In this document: in pieces, positions 11,785 to 21,344 of the stretch
How positions within the stretch are numbered: position 1 is the stretch's first letter
How the letters are laid out: every line of letters begins with the position of its first letter
Source of the DNA: Thermodesulfobacteriota bacterium
GTDB lineage: Bacteria; Desulfobacterota_D; UBA1144; Nemesobacterales; UBA2774
Direction: 5' to 3'
Assembly (NCBI GenBank): GCA_963422265.1
Contig: OY729416.1
Span: 1,312,001 to 1,376,000 of the forward strand
Length of the DNA: 64,000 nucleotides
Position numbers and translations under genes: made by a program
Notes under the pieces: generated by a model
Database searches by the model: none
What the model saw: the letters and a program-made list of their open reading frames with translations, nothing else
Told to the model about the DNA's origin: nothing

Positions 11785-14569
11785 CGCTCAACCTCCTGAG
11801 CATGTCTATATCGACTTTGTGCGTACTGCGGCGGCGCTTGTCGATAGGGATGGCTCGACGTGCTGCGTCCGCATTGGTCAGGCCCGCAGCGTGAATCTCG
11901 CCGCGGCTGAATCCCTTGCCTGGTCGCCAGCCTCCACCTGCGCGTTTGACGCGGGCGGACGCTTTTCCTCTAGGCGGCAGTGAAGGGAAAACGATCACGG
12001 TGACGGCTTGCGTCATGTCGTCCAGGCCGGAAGCCTTCAGCCTCAGCGTATAGGTTGTGGTCTCCAACGGCGCGACCATCCGGCTGCCGCTCGTTTCGAC
12101 TTTGCCTATATCAGGATCAATCACCATGCCATCTGTCTCCGCATTCCGCGTCTCCCAGCGCAATGTCGCCTGCTCCCCAGCAGTGACCGCCGTCGGTTCA
12201 TTCGTAAAGGAAACGATCGTCGGCGCAGGGTCAGCAGAAACCCGGATGAGCGTCATCGTGGCTCCGCCACATTCAACGCTGAGCAAGGCATCCTCATTCA
12301 GTCGCTGGTCGACCTGTGTATAGTCGACGAAATGGGTCAGGGGGATATTGGTGTCGTCTCCCTTATTTTGGGGGCTGTACGTTCGATCCAACTCATTGTC
12401 GAACCCTACCTTCACAGAACTGATGCGCGGCGGCGTACGCAACTGAAGTGCTCCATCTGCATAGGCCTGCTCACGAAACTCTTGCCGCGTCATCACTATG
12501 GGCGTGTCGCACCACTCCCTGAATTCGCTTGCATCTCGCTCCATACGCCACCAGGCACGCGGCAGATTCAGTACGATTTCGACACGGCCAGTAGCGGACT
12601 CCAACGCGCACGATACGGCATGTTCGTCCGGATGCGGCGCGACGATGACAGTGCCTTCCGGTCGCACGGTTGCGTGGGTTCCATCGGCAGTGAGGATCGG
12701 ACGAATAAGGGCGCTATCAGCACCGACGAATCGCACCTCCGTCGGAGGATGACCTGTCGGGGACGGGATCAGCAGCGTATCCAGAGAATATGGCTCGTTA
12801 TTGACGCGGATTTCTCGGAGATCTGCGAAGTAACGAAACTCATCGCTATCCAGTAACTTCACTTCACCGCCGTAAACGCGGATGAAGAACCGTCCCTGAC
12901 GGCCATTCAGAACCTCTGTAAGGGTACGCTCAGCCAACTTGAAGTTCTCGCCCTTCCAGCCATTTTGTTTTTCCTCGCCGACCCGCACCCAGATGATGTT
13001 TTTCGGCACCTTCAGTTTTGGCACGTCGCCGACAAACAGATCACCGTCTTCAGATTCGTCAAAGACACGCTTACCTTTCAGTTCGAAGCCGGATTGAGTC
13101 AACGCAGCTGGGCACTTCTCGAAGTCTCCAATGGTTTCCGCCGACTCTGTCCCGTCCCGAAAAAAGTAGTGCACCATAAAATCTGTATCCGTGCAACCTT
13201 CCGGCTCAATGGGAGCATTTCCCTTGCGCGTCCACTCTTGCGGTGCAATGACGATGAAGTATCCTTTCGTGATACCGCTGATCCTACGGCCATCGCCGGT
13301 CCAGTTATTCCGTAGCTTGAAGATCAGAGGTTGATCGTCGAACAATGAGAGCTCGTATGGTTCATTCTCCTCGAAAACCATGGACAGACTGCCGGCAAAC
13401 GACGCGAGACGACTCTCTCCATTCACGATTTCCAAAGATTTTCCGTTGTGCCGTACTTCCCTGATTCGGCATTCATCATTCGCGACCAGCACAACCTCCC
13501 ACTGACACGAACCAGTCGGTTTTTTGCAAACCAACTCTGGCCGGGGGATGAAGGATCCCTTGTTTCCGGAATCCCCACTGAGCGACGAGGGCTGTGATTG
13601 ACGGCCCCGCATCCCGCCGTGCCGGCGAGGTGTTTTAGAGTGAGCGTCTTTGCTGACTACACCATTTGCAGTAGAATCCTCTCCCGAGTCCGCACTGTCG
13701 CTCGCACTGCTACTATGTGTGCTTTCATGATCTTCTACAGGTTGTATGTCAAGTCTATCTGAGTCCTGAGCTTTGCCTTCCGTTGAATTAAAAGGGGAAC
13801 TATCTGACTTATTATTGTTCGAAGTAATCGACTTTACAGGTTTAGAATCTTCAAGACTTCCGCCGCCACCTTTGTAATCAAGCGATTCAATTATTTCTTC
13901 ACTAGAGCCCGGTTTATCTACAGGTGTTTCAGGCAGCTTGCCCTGATTTCCAGTTGCGTAGAAAGTATCAGACGTAGATTTGTATTCGTACGGACTAGAA
14001 TCTAGCTTCCCTGAATAACCACCTGACAACTCTGCACTCCAAGCTTCTTCTTTAGGCGGAGCTATAAGTATCGTTTCTGAGGTTTCACTGCTTGTAGCAT
14101 CCGACTCAATGTGAACTTGGTCGAACCAGTAGTCAGCATTACCCTCGGCTAACACTATGTCATTAGACATCAGCGAGCTTGGATCAATCATCAGACTCGG
14201 CAAAGAGTTATCCTGTCCATCTACATCACCGTGATTCTTTCTATCATCCTTATTATCAAACCTACTTGATATAGTTTTGTCCGAAAGACTATCTGATGAT
14301 TCTGTGCTTGAATTTGCGTCCGCCGCATTGTGTGCTACTGTTGGGAAGCCGCTCTCTCCAAGTCCATCCATCATATCGGATTCGCGCTGCACTGTTGAAT
14401 TGTATGTACCGTCCAGATTAGGACCCCTTTGTGCAATTTCTGCTGGTTCTCTCGCTGATCCCTGGGGCACAGAGGATGGATTGCGACTTCTTTCACCATT
14501 GTCCGAGGTCATAACCCGAGGGCACAAGTGCACAAATAGACGTCGTAACCAGTAAACGAACCTCTTCAT
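11777..14569 (-). CDS. 930-aa helicase partner: Ser/Asp-rich low-complexity N-terminus, beta-rich core, Ig-like segment, C-terminal eL13 (L13e)-like domain
   Basis: Overlaps helicase start by 8 nt; C-terminus RPGKGFSRGEIHAAGL...IPIDKRRRSTH resembles eL13; PTIVSF..P..V.AGEQATLRW...TTTYTL is Ig-like. Confidence 0.75.
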   Translation of the reverse strand: MKRFVYWLRRLFVHLCPRVMTSDNGERSRNPSSVPQGSAREPAEIAQRGPNLDGTYNSTVQRESDMMDGLGESGFPTVAHNAADANSSTESSDSLSDKTISSRFDNKDDRKNHGDVDGQDNSLPSLMIDPSSLMSNDIVLAEGNADYWFDQVHIESDATSSETSETILIAPPKEEAWSAELSGGYSGKLDSSPYEYKSTSDTFYATGNQGKLPETPVDKPGSSEEIIESLDYKGGGGSLEDSKPVKSITSNNNKSDSSPFNSTEGKAQDSDRLDIQPVEDHESTHSSSASDSADSGEDSTANGVVSKDAHSKTPRRHGGMRGRQSQPSSLSGDSGNKGSFIPRPELVCKKPTGSCQWEVVLVANDECRIREVRHNGKSLEIVNGESRLASFAGSLSMVFEENEPYELSLFDDQPLIFKLRNNWTGDGRRISGITKGYFIVIAPQEWTRKGNAPIEPEGCTDTDFMVHYFFRDGTESAETIGDFEKCPAALTQSGFELKGKRVFDESEDGDLFVGDVPKLKVPKNIIWVRVGEEKQNGWKGENFKLAERTLTEVLNGRQGRFFIRVYGGEVKLLDSDEFRYFADLREIRVNNEPYSLDTLLIPSPTGHPPTEVRFVGADSALIRPILTADGTHATVRPEGTVIVAPHPDEHAVSCALESATGRVEIVLNLPRAWWRMERDASEFREWCDTPIVMTRQEFREQAYADGALQLRTPPRISSVKVGFDNELDRTYSPQNKGDDTNIPLTHFVDYTQVDQRLNEDALLSVECGGATMTLIRVSADPAPTIVSFTNEPTAVTAGEQATLRWETRNAETDGMVIDPDIGKVETSGSRMVAPLETTTYTLRLKASGLDDMTQAVTVIVFPSLPPRGKASARVKRAGGGWRPGKGFSRGEIHAAGLTNADAARRAIPIDKRRRSTHKVDIDMLRRLSDA

Positions 14570-14632
14570 CCAAACTGTCTCCTAAACCCTATATTACCAA
14601 ACCTTCTTGCTAATTATATTGGTAATCCATAT

Positions 14633-16393
14633 TCACCCCTTATAAAGATTCGTAATTGGAAATCTGCGGTCTCTACCGAAAGCCCTTTCAGTTATTTTTA
14701 TTCCAGGTGGAGCCTGCCTTCGTTTGTATTCATTTTGATCCACCATTTTCACCACTCTCTTTACTAAATTTTTCTCAAATCCGAGGGAAACAATTTCCTT
14801 AAGATTAAGATCATCTTCTACATACGCTTTTAATACTGGATCTAAGACTTCATAAGGGGGAAGAAGGTCAGTATCTAACTGATCGGGCTTAAGCTCGGCG
14901 GAAGGGGGTTTAGTTATTATAGAGTAAGGTATAATTTCCTCGCTTTTCCAATTATTATAAAACCGAGAAAGACGATAAACCATCGTCTTGGGCACGTCCT
15001 TGATAACGGCGAACCCTCCAGCCATGTCTCCGTAAATAGTGCAGTAGCCAACGCTCATTTCACTCTTATTCCCCGTAGTAAGGACTAGCCAGCCGAACTT
15101 ATTAGAAAGCGCCATTAGGATATTTCCCCTAACCCTAGCCTGAAGGTTCTCTTCGGTGATATCCGGCTTTGATCTGGAGAAAGCACCGCTGAGGGAATCA
15201 AGATAAGAATTGAAGATTTGTCCAATAGGAATTTTGATAAGTTCTATCCCCAATTTCTTTGATAATTTTTCAGCATCGTAGACGCTGCCTTTAGAGCTAT
15301 ATTGAGAGGACATCGAGACCACCATGACGTTCTCACGTCCTAGTGCTTCAACTGCAATCACGGCAACCAACGCAGAATCTATACCCCCGCTAAGGCCTAT
15401 CGCCGCTTTCTTGAATCCGTTTTTGCTAACGTAATCCCTAGTTCCTAACACAAGGGCTCTAAAAATTTCTTCTTCTTCACCCTTAAACTCGGTTACTTTA
15501 TTCCCAATACTAGGCTTTCGGCTCTTCATCCTTTTATTCAGACGCTCCTGATCCATCACCAACTCTACTAAGCGGACTTGTTCAGAATTAGGTCTAATAG
15601 ATAGTCGAGTCCGTCTCCTTTGCGGATCGTTAACGCGGGAGCGGGACACCCTGCCAACATTCAAGTCCACCACTAGAAGCTCCTCTTCAAACCCTTCTGC
15701 TCTTGCTTGAATTTCTCCCGACTCATCAATTACAACGCTGTGTCCGTCGAAAACTAACTCATCCTGCCCCCCGATAAGATTACAAAAAGCCACTATTACC
15801 GAGTAATCTCTAGCTCTTGAAGCAAGCATTCGCTCCCTTGCCTTTACCTTCGAAGAGTAATAAGGTGAAGAAGAGATATTAATTATTAGCTGAGCGTCCC
15901 CCAATAGAGACTGTTTTCTTATAGGATCGCCCGGATGCCAGATATCCTCGCAGATATTGACTCCAAAAGTAAGCCCGCCTAGCTTATATACTGAACTATC
16001 TGTGGCTGACTGAAAGTACCTATGTTCATCAAACACTCCGTAATTGGGAAGACGAGACTTTCTATATACGTCAACCAGCTCTTTATTGTGTAAGATAGCC
16101 GCCGCATTGTATATGTATTCTCTGCGATCCGCAAAGCCTAAAACAACCGTAATGCCGCTGCAAGCTCCCTTTATTTCACCTAAAGCAACCAGATTGTCAT
16201 CTACAAACTTAGGTTTTAAAAGGAGATCCTCAGGTGGATAACCTGTAATGGTAAGCTCAGGAAAACATAATATATCAACGCCGACGTCCTTACCAAACTC
16301 TATATACCTTAGAATTTTCCCCTGATTCCCTCTTATATCCCCTACACAAAGATTAACTTGCACTAGCCCTATTCTTACGCTATCCATCCGCAT
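14633..16393 (-). CDS. nadE: Glutamine-dependent NAD+ synthetase
   Basis: N-terminal CN-hydrolase domain (FPEL, LPNYGVFDE, ICEDIW) plus GLSGGIDS, ENLQARVRG, TGNKSE, PPSAEL. Confidence 0.96.
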   Translation of the reverse strand: MRMDSVRIGLVQVNLCVGDIRGNQGKILRYIEFGKDVGVDILCFPELTITGYPPEDLLLKPKFVDDNLVALGEIKGACSGITVVLGFADRREYIYNAAAILHNKELVDVYRKSRLPNYGVFDEHRYFQSATDSSVYKLGGLTFGVNICEDIWHPGDPIRKQSLLGDAQLIINISSSPYYSSKVKARERMLASRARDYSVIVAFCNLIGGQDELVFDGHSVVIDESGEIQARAEGFEEELLVVDLNVGRVSRSRVNDPQRRRTRLSIRPNSEQVRLVELVMDQERLNKRMKSRKPSIGNKVTEFKGEEEEIFRALVLGTRDYVSKNGFKKAAIGLSGGIDSALVAVIAVEALGRENVMVVSMSSQYSSKGSVYDAEKLSKKLGIELIKIPIGQIFNSYLDSLSGAFSRSKPDITEENLQARVRGNILMALSNKFGWLVLTTGNKSEMSVGYCTIYGDMAGGFAVIKDVPKTMVYRLSRFYNNWKSEEIIPYSIITKPPSAELKPDQLDTDLLPPYEVLDPVLKAYVEDDLNLKEIVSLGFEKNLVKRVVKMVDQNEYKRRQAPPGIKITERAFGRDRRFPITNLYKG

Positions 16394-16471
16394 ACGGATT
16401 ATAATACTTAACTACATGAAATAGCTACAATAGAACAAACTATTGTGATGCTTACCAGTTAGAATGCCTGA

Positions 16472-17128
16472 CTAAGATAATATGAGAGCAATATGAACAA
16501 TATTGGCAAAGAAATGAAAAAGCACGCTTGCCCAAAGGGTACCAGAAACAACGTAGAGATAACCCATGACAAGAGAAGGAAAGAAGGTTAGAGCCGCCTG
16601 GATACATACCGATAAGCTACGATCACCACCTATACATAACGTAACTAAATGAGCTAAGGCAAATAGAAAACTGACAATTATTACCCCCCTCACATTGTTT
16701 CCAATTTTCCGTTGTAGATAACCGCGAAAAAAAATCTCCTCAGGAAGGGCTATAAGCAGAAGCTGCATCAATATGAAAGAATAGGACAATTGACGAATGG
16801 ATACAGACTTCTCAGCAAACATGGCATAGCATGCGAATACTATAAAATAAGCAAAGAGAATAACCGCCGATACACATAACCCCATTAGCACACCCCTTAA
16901 ACTCCACTTTAGATCAACTACACGACCATTCATGATCAAAGGCATCAACAACATTAACGTTGCTGAGATTAATACCGTATATTCATCCCACGGAAGGAAG
17001 AATCTCATTAGCAAAATAGTGAGCACTAAGAGCATATAAACTATTAGAGGTAGTAAGCGATCTAGGGATAAATAATAGCGCCTTTTCATTTTATAGTCCT
17101 CTATGGAAACGGTTGATAGATTTCCCAC
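16472..17128 (-). CDS. CPBP/CAAX (Abi) family intramembrane glutamic protease; start may be ATG at 17089
   Basis: EEIFFRGYLQ, FALAH and HFFAN motifs with several TM segments. Confidence 0.85.
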   Translation of the reverse strand: MGNLSTVSIEDYKMKRRYYLSLDRLLPLIVYMLLVLTILLMRFFLPWDEYTVLISATLMLLMPLIMNGRVVDLKWSLRGVLMGLCVSAVILFAYFIVFACYAMFAEKSVSIRQLSYSFILMQLLLIALPEEIFFRGYLQRKIGNNVRGVIIVSFLFALAHLVTLCIGGDRSLSVCIQAALTFFPSLVMGYLYVVSGTLWASVLFHFFANIVHIALILS

Positions 17129-17137
17129 ACAACAAAT

Positions 17138-17758
17138 CTACTTTTTGAAAACTAAGAACTTATAGCCTGTAAAGTCCCATATCACTAATATAGCTAAAGA
17201 GGTGAATGCGCCTATATTTGCCCATAAGACTGGCGACATGCCCTTGGCTGGTTCTATAAAGTTAACGATTAGAGAAGCAACTGAAACATTTATAACGAAA
17301 CCACCCCCCGCAACCATTAAAAACCTAAAAAATTGCTTGCCCATACCCCTGGTTTCCCAGCTTTCAAACGTCCAAAATTTATTCCAGACGTAGCTGTTCG
17401 CGGTAGCGCATAGAAATGAAACTGACTTAAAAACTGAAAATAAAAGCCCCTTATCCACATCGGATACGAATATTAATAGGTTAAGCACAGCGAAGTCTAT
17501 AGAGGTATTAGATAATCCAATTGGAGCAAATTTTCCGAGTTGAAATAACACGCGGCGTTTTCTTCCAAATCTGTAAACGGCACTAATCCATAACACAATT
17601 ATAAGTGGTACCGATATGATAGGAGCTAGCCAGACTATGTATATAGAAGGACTATGAGTCAATAAACCAGGATTAAACACACTTAACATAAACGCACCGG
17701 AGATTGCGATTATCAAACCAATTACTACTGAGTTTATTAAGTCTGAACGTTTCAACAA
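17138..17758 (-). CDS. GtrA-family membrane protein
   Basis: KFAPIGLSNTSIDFAVLNLL, NSYVWNKFWTF, YKFLVFKK. Confidence 0.8.
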   Translation of the reverse strand: MLKRSDLINSVVIGLIIAISGAFMLSVFNPGLLTHSPSIYIVWLAPIISVPLIIVLWISAVYRFGRKRRVLFQLGKFAPIGLSNTSIDFAVLNLLIFVSDVDKGLLFSVFKSVSFLCATANSYVWNKFWTFESWETRGMGKQFFRFLMVAGGGFVINVSVASLIVNFIEPAKGMSPVLWANIGAFTSLAILVIWDFTGYKFLVFKK

Positions 17759-17918
17759 ATTTATCCTTCAGAACAATGAGATAGAGCGTAAGGCAGATAG
17801 CAAATGACTTTCGCCTCTGACAAGAACCTTAAATCATAAAGTCACGGTTCAACTAGCTTGGAGATTATAAATCAAAAAACCTAATATTTGCCGTCAAAAG
17901 CTGATAAAACAAAAGTAT

Positions 17919-19049
17919 TCACAAATTCAATACCGTGATTAGTCCTAGAGTCTTTAATACAAGCTCTCCCATATTCATCCTTTCCTCTAACTTATTTAAT
18001 TCTCTTGAATCCGCTCTTGTTCTAGGATTGGGAGAAACTATGGAACAACAGTCCTTATAAGCATCAACTGAGGCTTCATAAGTGCCAATTCTTTTAGCCA
18101 AATCAACAATTTCCTGCTTATCATACGCTATTAGAGGCTGGAAAATAGGCAATTTCGCAGCGCTGTTAACCTGAGCTAGGTTTTCCATAGTTTGTGAAGC
18201 TACCTGCCCTAGGCTATCGCCCGTTACAAGGGCTTTAGAATGGGACCTTAAAGCAATCATCTGTGCTATTCTGACCATAAATCTTCTGAACAGCATCACT
18301 TCATAACCTTTATTACTTGCAATTCTAAGAGTCTCAATCTCAAAAGGATAATATGGAACCAAATAAATGGACGACCGCCCCTGGTAAGAATCTAAACGCC
18401 TCAATAAATTACACATCTTTGTCCCTTTAACTAGCTCATTTCTGCTGAATACGTGAAAATGAATAAAATCAACCCTGCAGCCCCTCTTCATCATCAAGTA
18501 GGAGGCCACGGGTGAGTCTATACCCCCGGATAGAAGAGATAGAACCTTACCGCTTACGTCCACCGGAAGACCTTTTAATCCCTGAATTTTGTCAAAATAC
18601 AAGTAAGCCGCATCGGAGATTTCTATAAAAACGCTCAAGGATGAATTCTTTAAATTGACGGGTAACTGAAACTTCTCGGATATGGCGCTTCCGATCCTCT
18701 CAGCGGTTTGCATTGACGTAAGCGAGAATCTCTTATCCGCTCTTCTGACAAAAACCCCAAATTCGGGTTTGCCATTGAGTCTATCAGCGAGCTTGCTAAG
18801 CACTAGTCTTTCTATAGATTCGTAATCTTTATTAGTTCTATAAGCCTCTGCAAACCACGATATTCCAAATATATTCTTCAAATAACGGGCATCGCCGTTC
18901 TCTAGGATAAAGTAACCTCTATACTTCCTTACGGTACCGCCGGCAGTCCTTTCAATATTACCTTTAAGTCTATTTTCGAATAGTACCCTGTTCCTACCTT
19001 TAAGCGACAACTCTCCATAGTGTACAAGGCTAACGGTTTTGCAAGACAT
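17919..19049 (-). CDS. thiI: tRNA 4-thiouridine synthase (THUMP + PP-loop, no rhodanese domain)
   Basis: YGELSLKGRNR, LLSGGIDSPVA, TGDSLGQVASQT, DCC. Confidence 0.93.
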   Translation of the reverse strand: MSCKTVSLVHYGELSLKGRNRVLFENRLKGNIERTAGGTVRKYRGYFILENGDARYLKNIFGISWFAEAYRTNKDYESIERLVLSKLADRLNGKPEFGVFVRRADKRFSLTSMQTAERIGSAISEKFQLPVNLKNSSLSVFIEISDAAYLYFDKIQGLKGLPVDVSGKVLSLLSGGIDSPVASYLMMKRGCRVDFIHFHVFSRNELVKGTKMCNLLRRLDSYQGRSSIYLVPYYPFEIETLRIASNKGYEVMLFRRFMVRIAQMIALRSHSKALVTGDSLGQVASQTMENLAQVNSAAKLPIFQPLIAYDKQEIVDLAKRIGTYEASVDAYKDCCSIVSPNPRTRADSRELNKLEERMNMGELVLKTLGLITVLNL

Positions 19050-19148
19050 AGTTTGGATTTAGGCTCACTATTCGTTAGGATTTTGGTTGAGTATGGTAAA
19101 TACGGATTAAATAAAAGCAAGTTTGTAACTTAATATCTTAATAAGATA

Positions 19149-19237
19149 GCCGAAGTGGCGGAACTTGGCAGACGCGCTGGATTCAGGATCCAGTGAGCGG
19201 TAAGCTCGTGGGGGTTCAAATCCCCCCTTCGGCACCA
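19149..19237 (+). tRNA. tRNA-Leu, anticodon CAG
   Basis: Acceptor stem GCCGAAG/CTTCGGC + ACCA; anticodon arm CTGGA-TTCAGGA-TCCAG; long variable arm; T-arm GGGGG-TTCAAAT-CCCCC. Confidence 0.97.
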
Positions 19238-19246
19238 GATTCAACA

Positions 19247-19834
19247 ATGAAAGAGCCAAAACCAAATATGACAATTACCGGTTCAGGCAGGAGAAGGGCT
19301 AGGAGTATTGACTTAGGACACCTTCTACTCTTAATCTTTGTATTAGCAATCGGTTTTTACGCCGGTAGTAGATATGAAGAAATCAACGTTTATCTCAACG
19401 ACTTAAATATAATAGATACCGACACACGCAGCCAAGAAGGCATCAAGCCTACCGCTGACAGAGATATTGAGTTGAAAAAACCAATTAGCTCTACGAAAGA
19501 GATTTCTCAAAATACCAGTGAAGACAGATCAACCTCTGATGACGCAGTGAAATATGTAATTGGTAAAGAGGGAAAAACTTTTGATACCTACACGCTCCAA
19601 GTTGTGGCATTCACTAAACCCAAAGAAGCTCAACAGGCAGTGGGGATATACCGAAACAAAGGTTACGATGCTTATACTATTGAGCATGAGAACTCGAGGG
19701 GAGAAGTCTGGAACTTGGTAAGAATTGGCAAATTTGAAACGAGAACCAAAGCCCTCTTACACGCGAGGCACTTTATAAATAGCGAAGGACAAGAGGTTCT
19801 GATCGATACATACTATCTTAAGGTGAAAAATTAA
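19247..19834 (+). CDS. Single-pass membrane protein with C-terminal SPOR domain
   Basis: N-terminal TM; YTLQVVAF...GYDAY...LVRIGKF; start moved to ATG 19247 because the ORF-track start lies inside the tRNA. Confidence 0.8.
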   Translation: MKEPKPNMTITGSGRRRARSIDLGHLLLLIFVLAIGFYAGSRYEEINVYLNDLNIIDTDTRSQEGIKPTADRDIELKKPISSTKEISQNTSEDRSTSDDAVKYVIGKEGKTFDTYTLQVVAFTKPKEAQQAVGIYRNKGYDAYTIEHENSRGEVWNLVRIGKFETRTKALLHARHFINSEGQEVLIDTYYLKVKN

Positions 19835-19964
19835 GTGAATTTGATTTCTCTCGTCTAAGTGTTTTGTTAGCTTCTGCGTATGCATACATACAAGCCAACG
19901 TTATAATCCCACAGCTAGCCTAGTATTATACCATTTGAATTTTTTGCAAATGCGAAGAAAATCC

Positions 19965-19993
19965 TTGACACTATTACATGGAACTCTTATATT
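19965..19993 (+). promoter_or_regulatory. Putative sigma-70 promoter of the sigma factor gene
   Basis: TTGACA-17 nt-TATATT about 55 nt upstream of ATG 20048. Confidence 0.6.
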
Positions 19994-20047
19994 TGTGAAG
20001 CTACATTAAATAATTAGTCTAAAATACTCTACTATAAAGGTGTATGG

Positions 20048-21256
20048 ATGCAATCAGGAAAATATGGAGAAGGAGAGCAACTATCTTCTGAAATGGAAGG
20101 GATTGAGGGCTTTCAAGCACAAGGTGAAAATAAGTTTTCACCCATTGGCATGGTGAATAATGTGATTGAAGGTGAGCGTGCAGATTTTAGATTTCATATA
20201 AAGGACAGCACCTCAATTGAAGTTAAGCAAGAACAAAAGGACGAGTGGACACCGGATGAGCAGTTTAGGCTTTTACACGTATATTTTAAGGACATGTCTA
20301 TAGAGCCTCTCCTGACAGCTAAGGAAGAGATAGAAATATCGGCTCAAATTAAAAAATGCGAAGTAAAATCCATGGAACTCGCTTCACATATTGACAAGAT
20401 CAAAAAGAGAAAAGACGGTCTTGCTAAACAGTTCAGAAACGGCAAAGCAAATAGTGAAATAAGTGAAAATCAACTGACTAAAAGAATTGATAGCTTGAGG
20501 CTTTTTATAACAATATTCTTAGAACACTCTTACAAATTGAAAGAGAGGTTCGTCAAAGCCAACCTAAGGTTGGTGGTAAGCATCTCGAAAAGATACATGG
20601 GCAGAGGGCTTCCGCTTACTGATCTAATACAAGAGGGTAACGTTGGACTAATGAGGGCAGTAGAAAGATTTGACCATACTAAGGGATATAAGTTCTCTAC
20701 ATACGCCTCATGGTGGATTCATCAAGCGATATCCAGAGCTCTTCTTGATCAGACTAGGACTATTAGAGTGCCCGTTTACGTTCTTGAGCAGGCAAGCAAA
20801 GTCTATAGAGTAAACTCCATGCTTAGCAAGGAAATGGGCAGGAAACCATTGCCTCAGGAAGTTGCAGAAGTTACAGGAGTTTCGGTTGAAGGCGTTAAGA
20901 GAATTCTTGAGTCCACAAACGACGTCGCTCGTTTAGACATGCCTATTCTCGATGGCGAAAAAACAACGCTACTTGACTTTATATCTGATGAAGATTCCCC
21001 CGAGGCTGACTCCGTAATGGCAAGCACAGCTCTTACTCAGGAGATTAGAGATGCCCTTAACGTGCTTAACTCCAGAGAAGAGGAAATTATTCGCCTCCGT
21101 TTTGGTATAGATCAGGACAGCACATATACGCTAGATGAGATTGGGAGAAGGTTTGATCTCACTAGAGAGCGTATTAGGCAGATTGAGAAAAGGGCTCTTG
21201 AAAAGTTGGCTTCGGCTGATACTGGCGACGTATTGAGAAGCTTCCTCTATAAATAG
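20048..21256 (+). CDS. RpoD/SigA-family sigma-70 factor, probably non-primary
   Basis: [41 protein letters not shown]. Confidence 0.9.
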   Translation: MQSGKYGEGEQLSSEMEGIEGFQAQGENKFSPIGMVNNVIEGERADFRFHIKDSTSIEVKQEQKDEWTPDEQFRLLHVYFKDMSIEPLLTAKEEIEISAQIKKCEVKSMELASHIDKIKKRKDGLAKQFRNGKANSEISENQLTKRIDSLRLFITIFLEHSYKLKERFVKANLRLVVSISKRYMGRGLPLTDLIQEGNVGLMRAVERFDHTKGYKFSTYASWWIHQAISRALLDQTRTIRVPVYVLEQASKVYRVNSMLSKEMGRKPLPQEVAEVTGVSVEGVKRILESTNDVARLDMPILDGEKTTLLDFISDEDSPEADSVMASTALTQEIRDALNVLNSREEEIIRLRFGIDQDSTYTLDEIGRRFDLTRERIRQIEKRALEKLASADTGDVLRSFLYK

Positions 21257-21344
21257 CTACAACCGGCTTTACTAAGATGGTTTGGGGGGCTTGCCGGACT
21301 ACCGAATATCTACAAACGCCATCTCCAGCTTGCAAAAAGACACG

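Noticed and set aside
7590-13315. Many 60-280 aa plus-strand ORFs over the helicase island (e.g. 12008-12856)
   Set aside because: Antisense shadows expected in GC-rich coding DNA; no recognisable motifs
19149-19237. tRNA-Leu as an integration site for the islands
   Set aside because: Flanked by housekeeping genes; no duplicated 3' end or integrase seen
19193-19246. ORF-track N-terminal extension of the SPOR protein
   Set aside because: Lies within tRNA-Leu; ATG 19247 or later is more plausible
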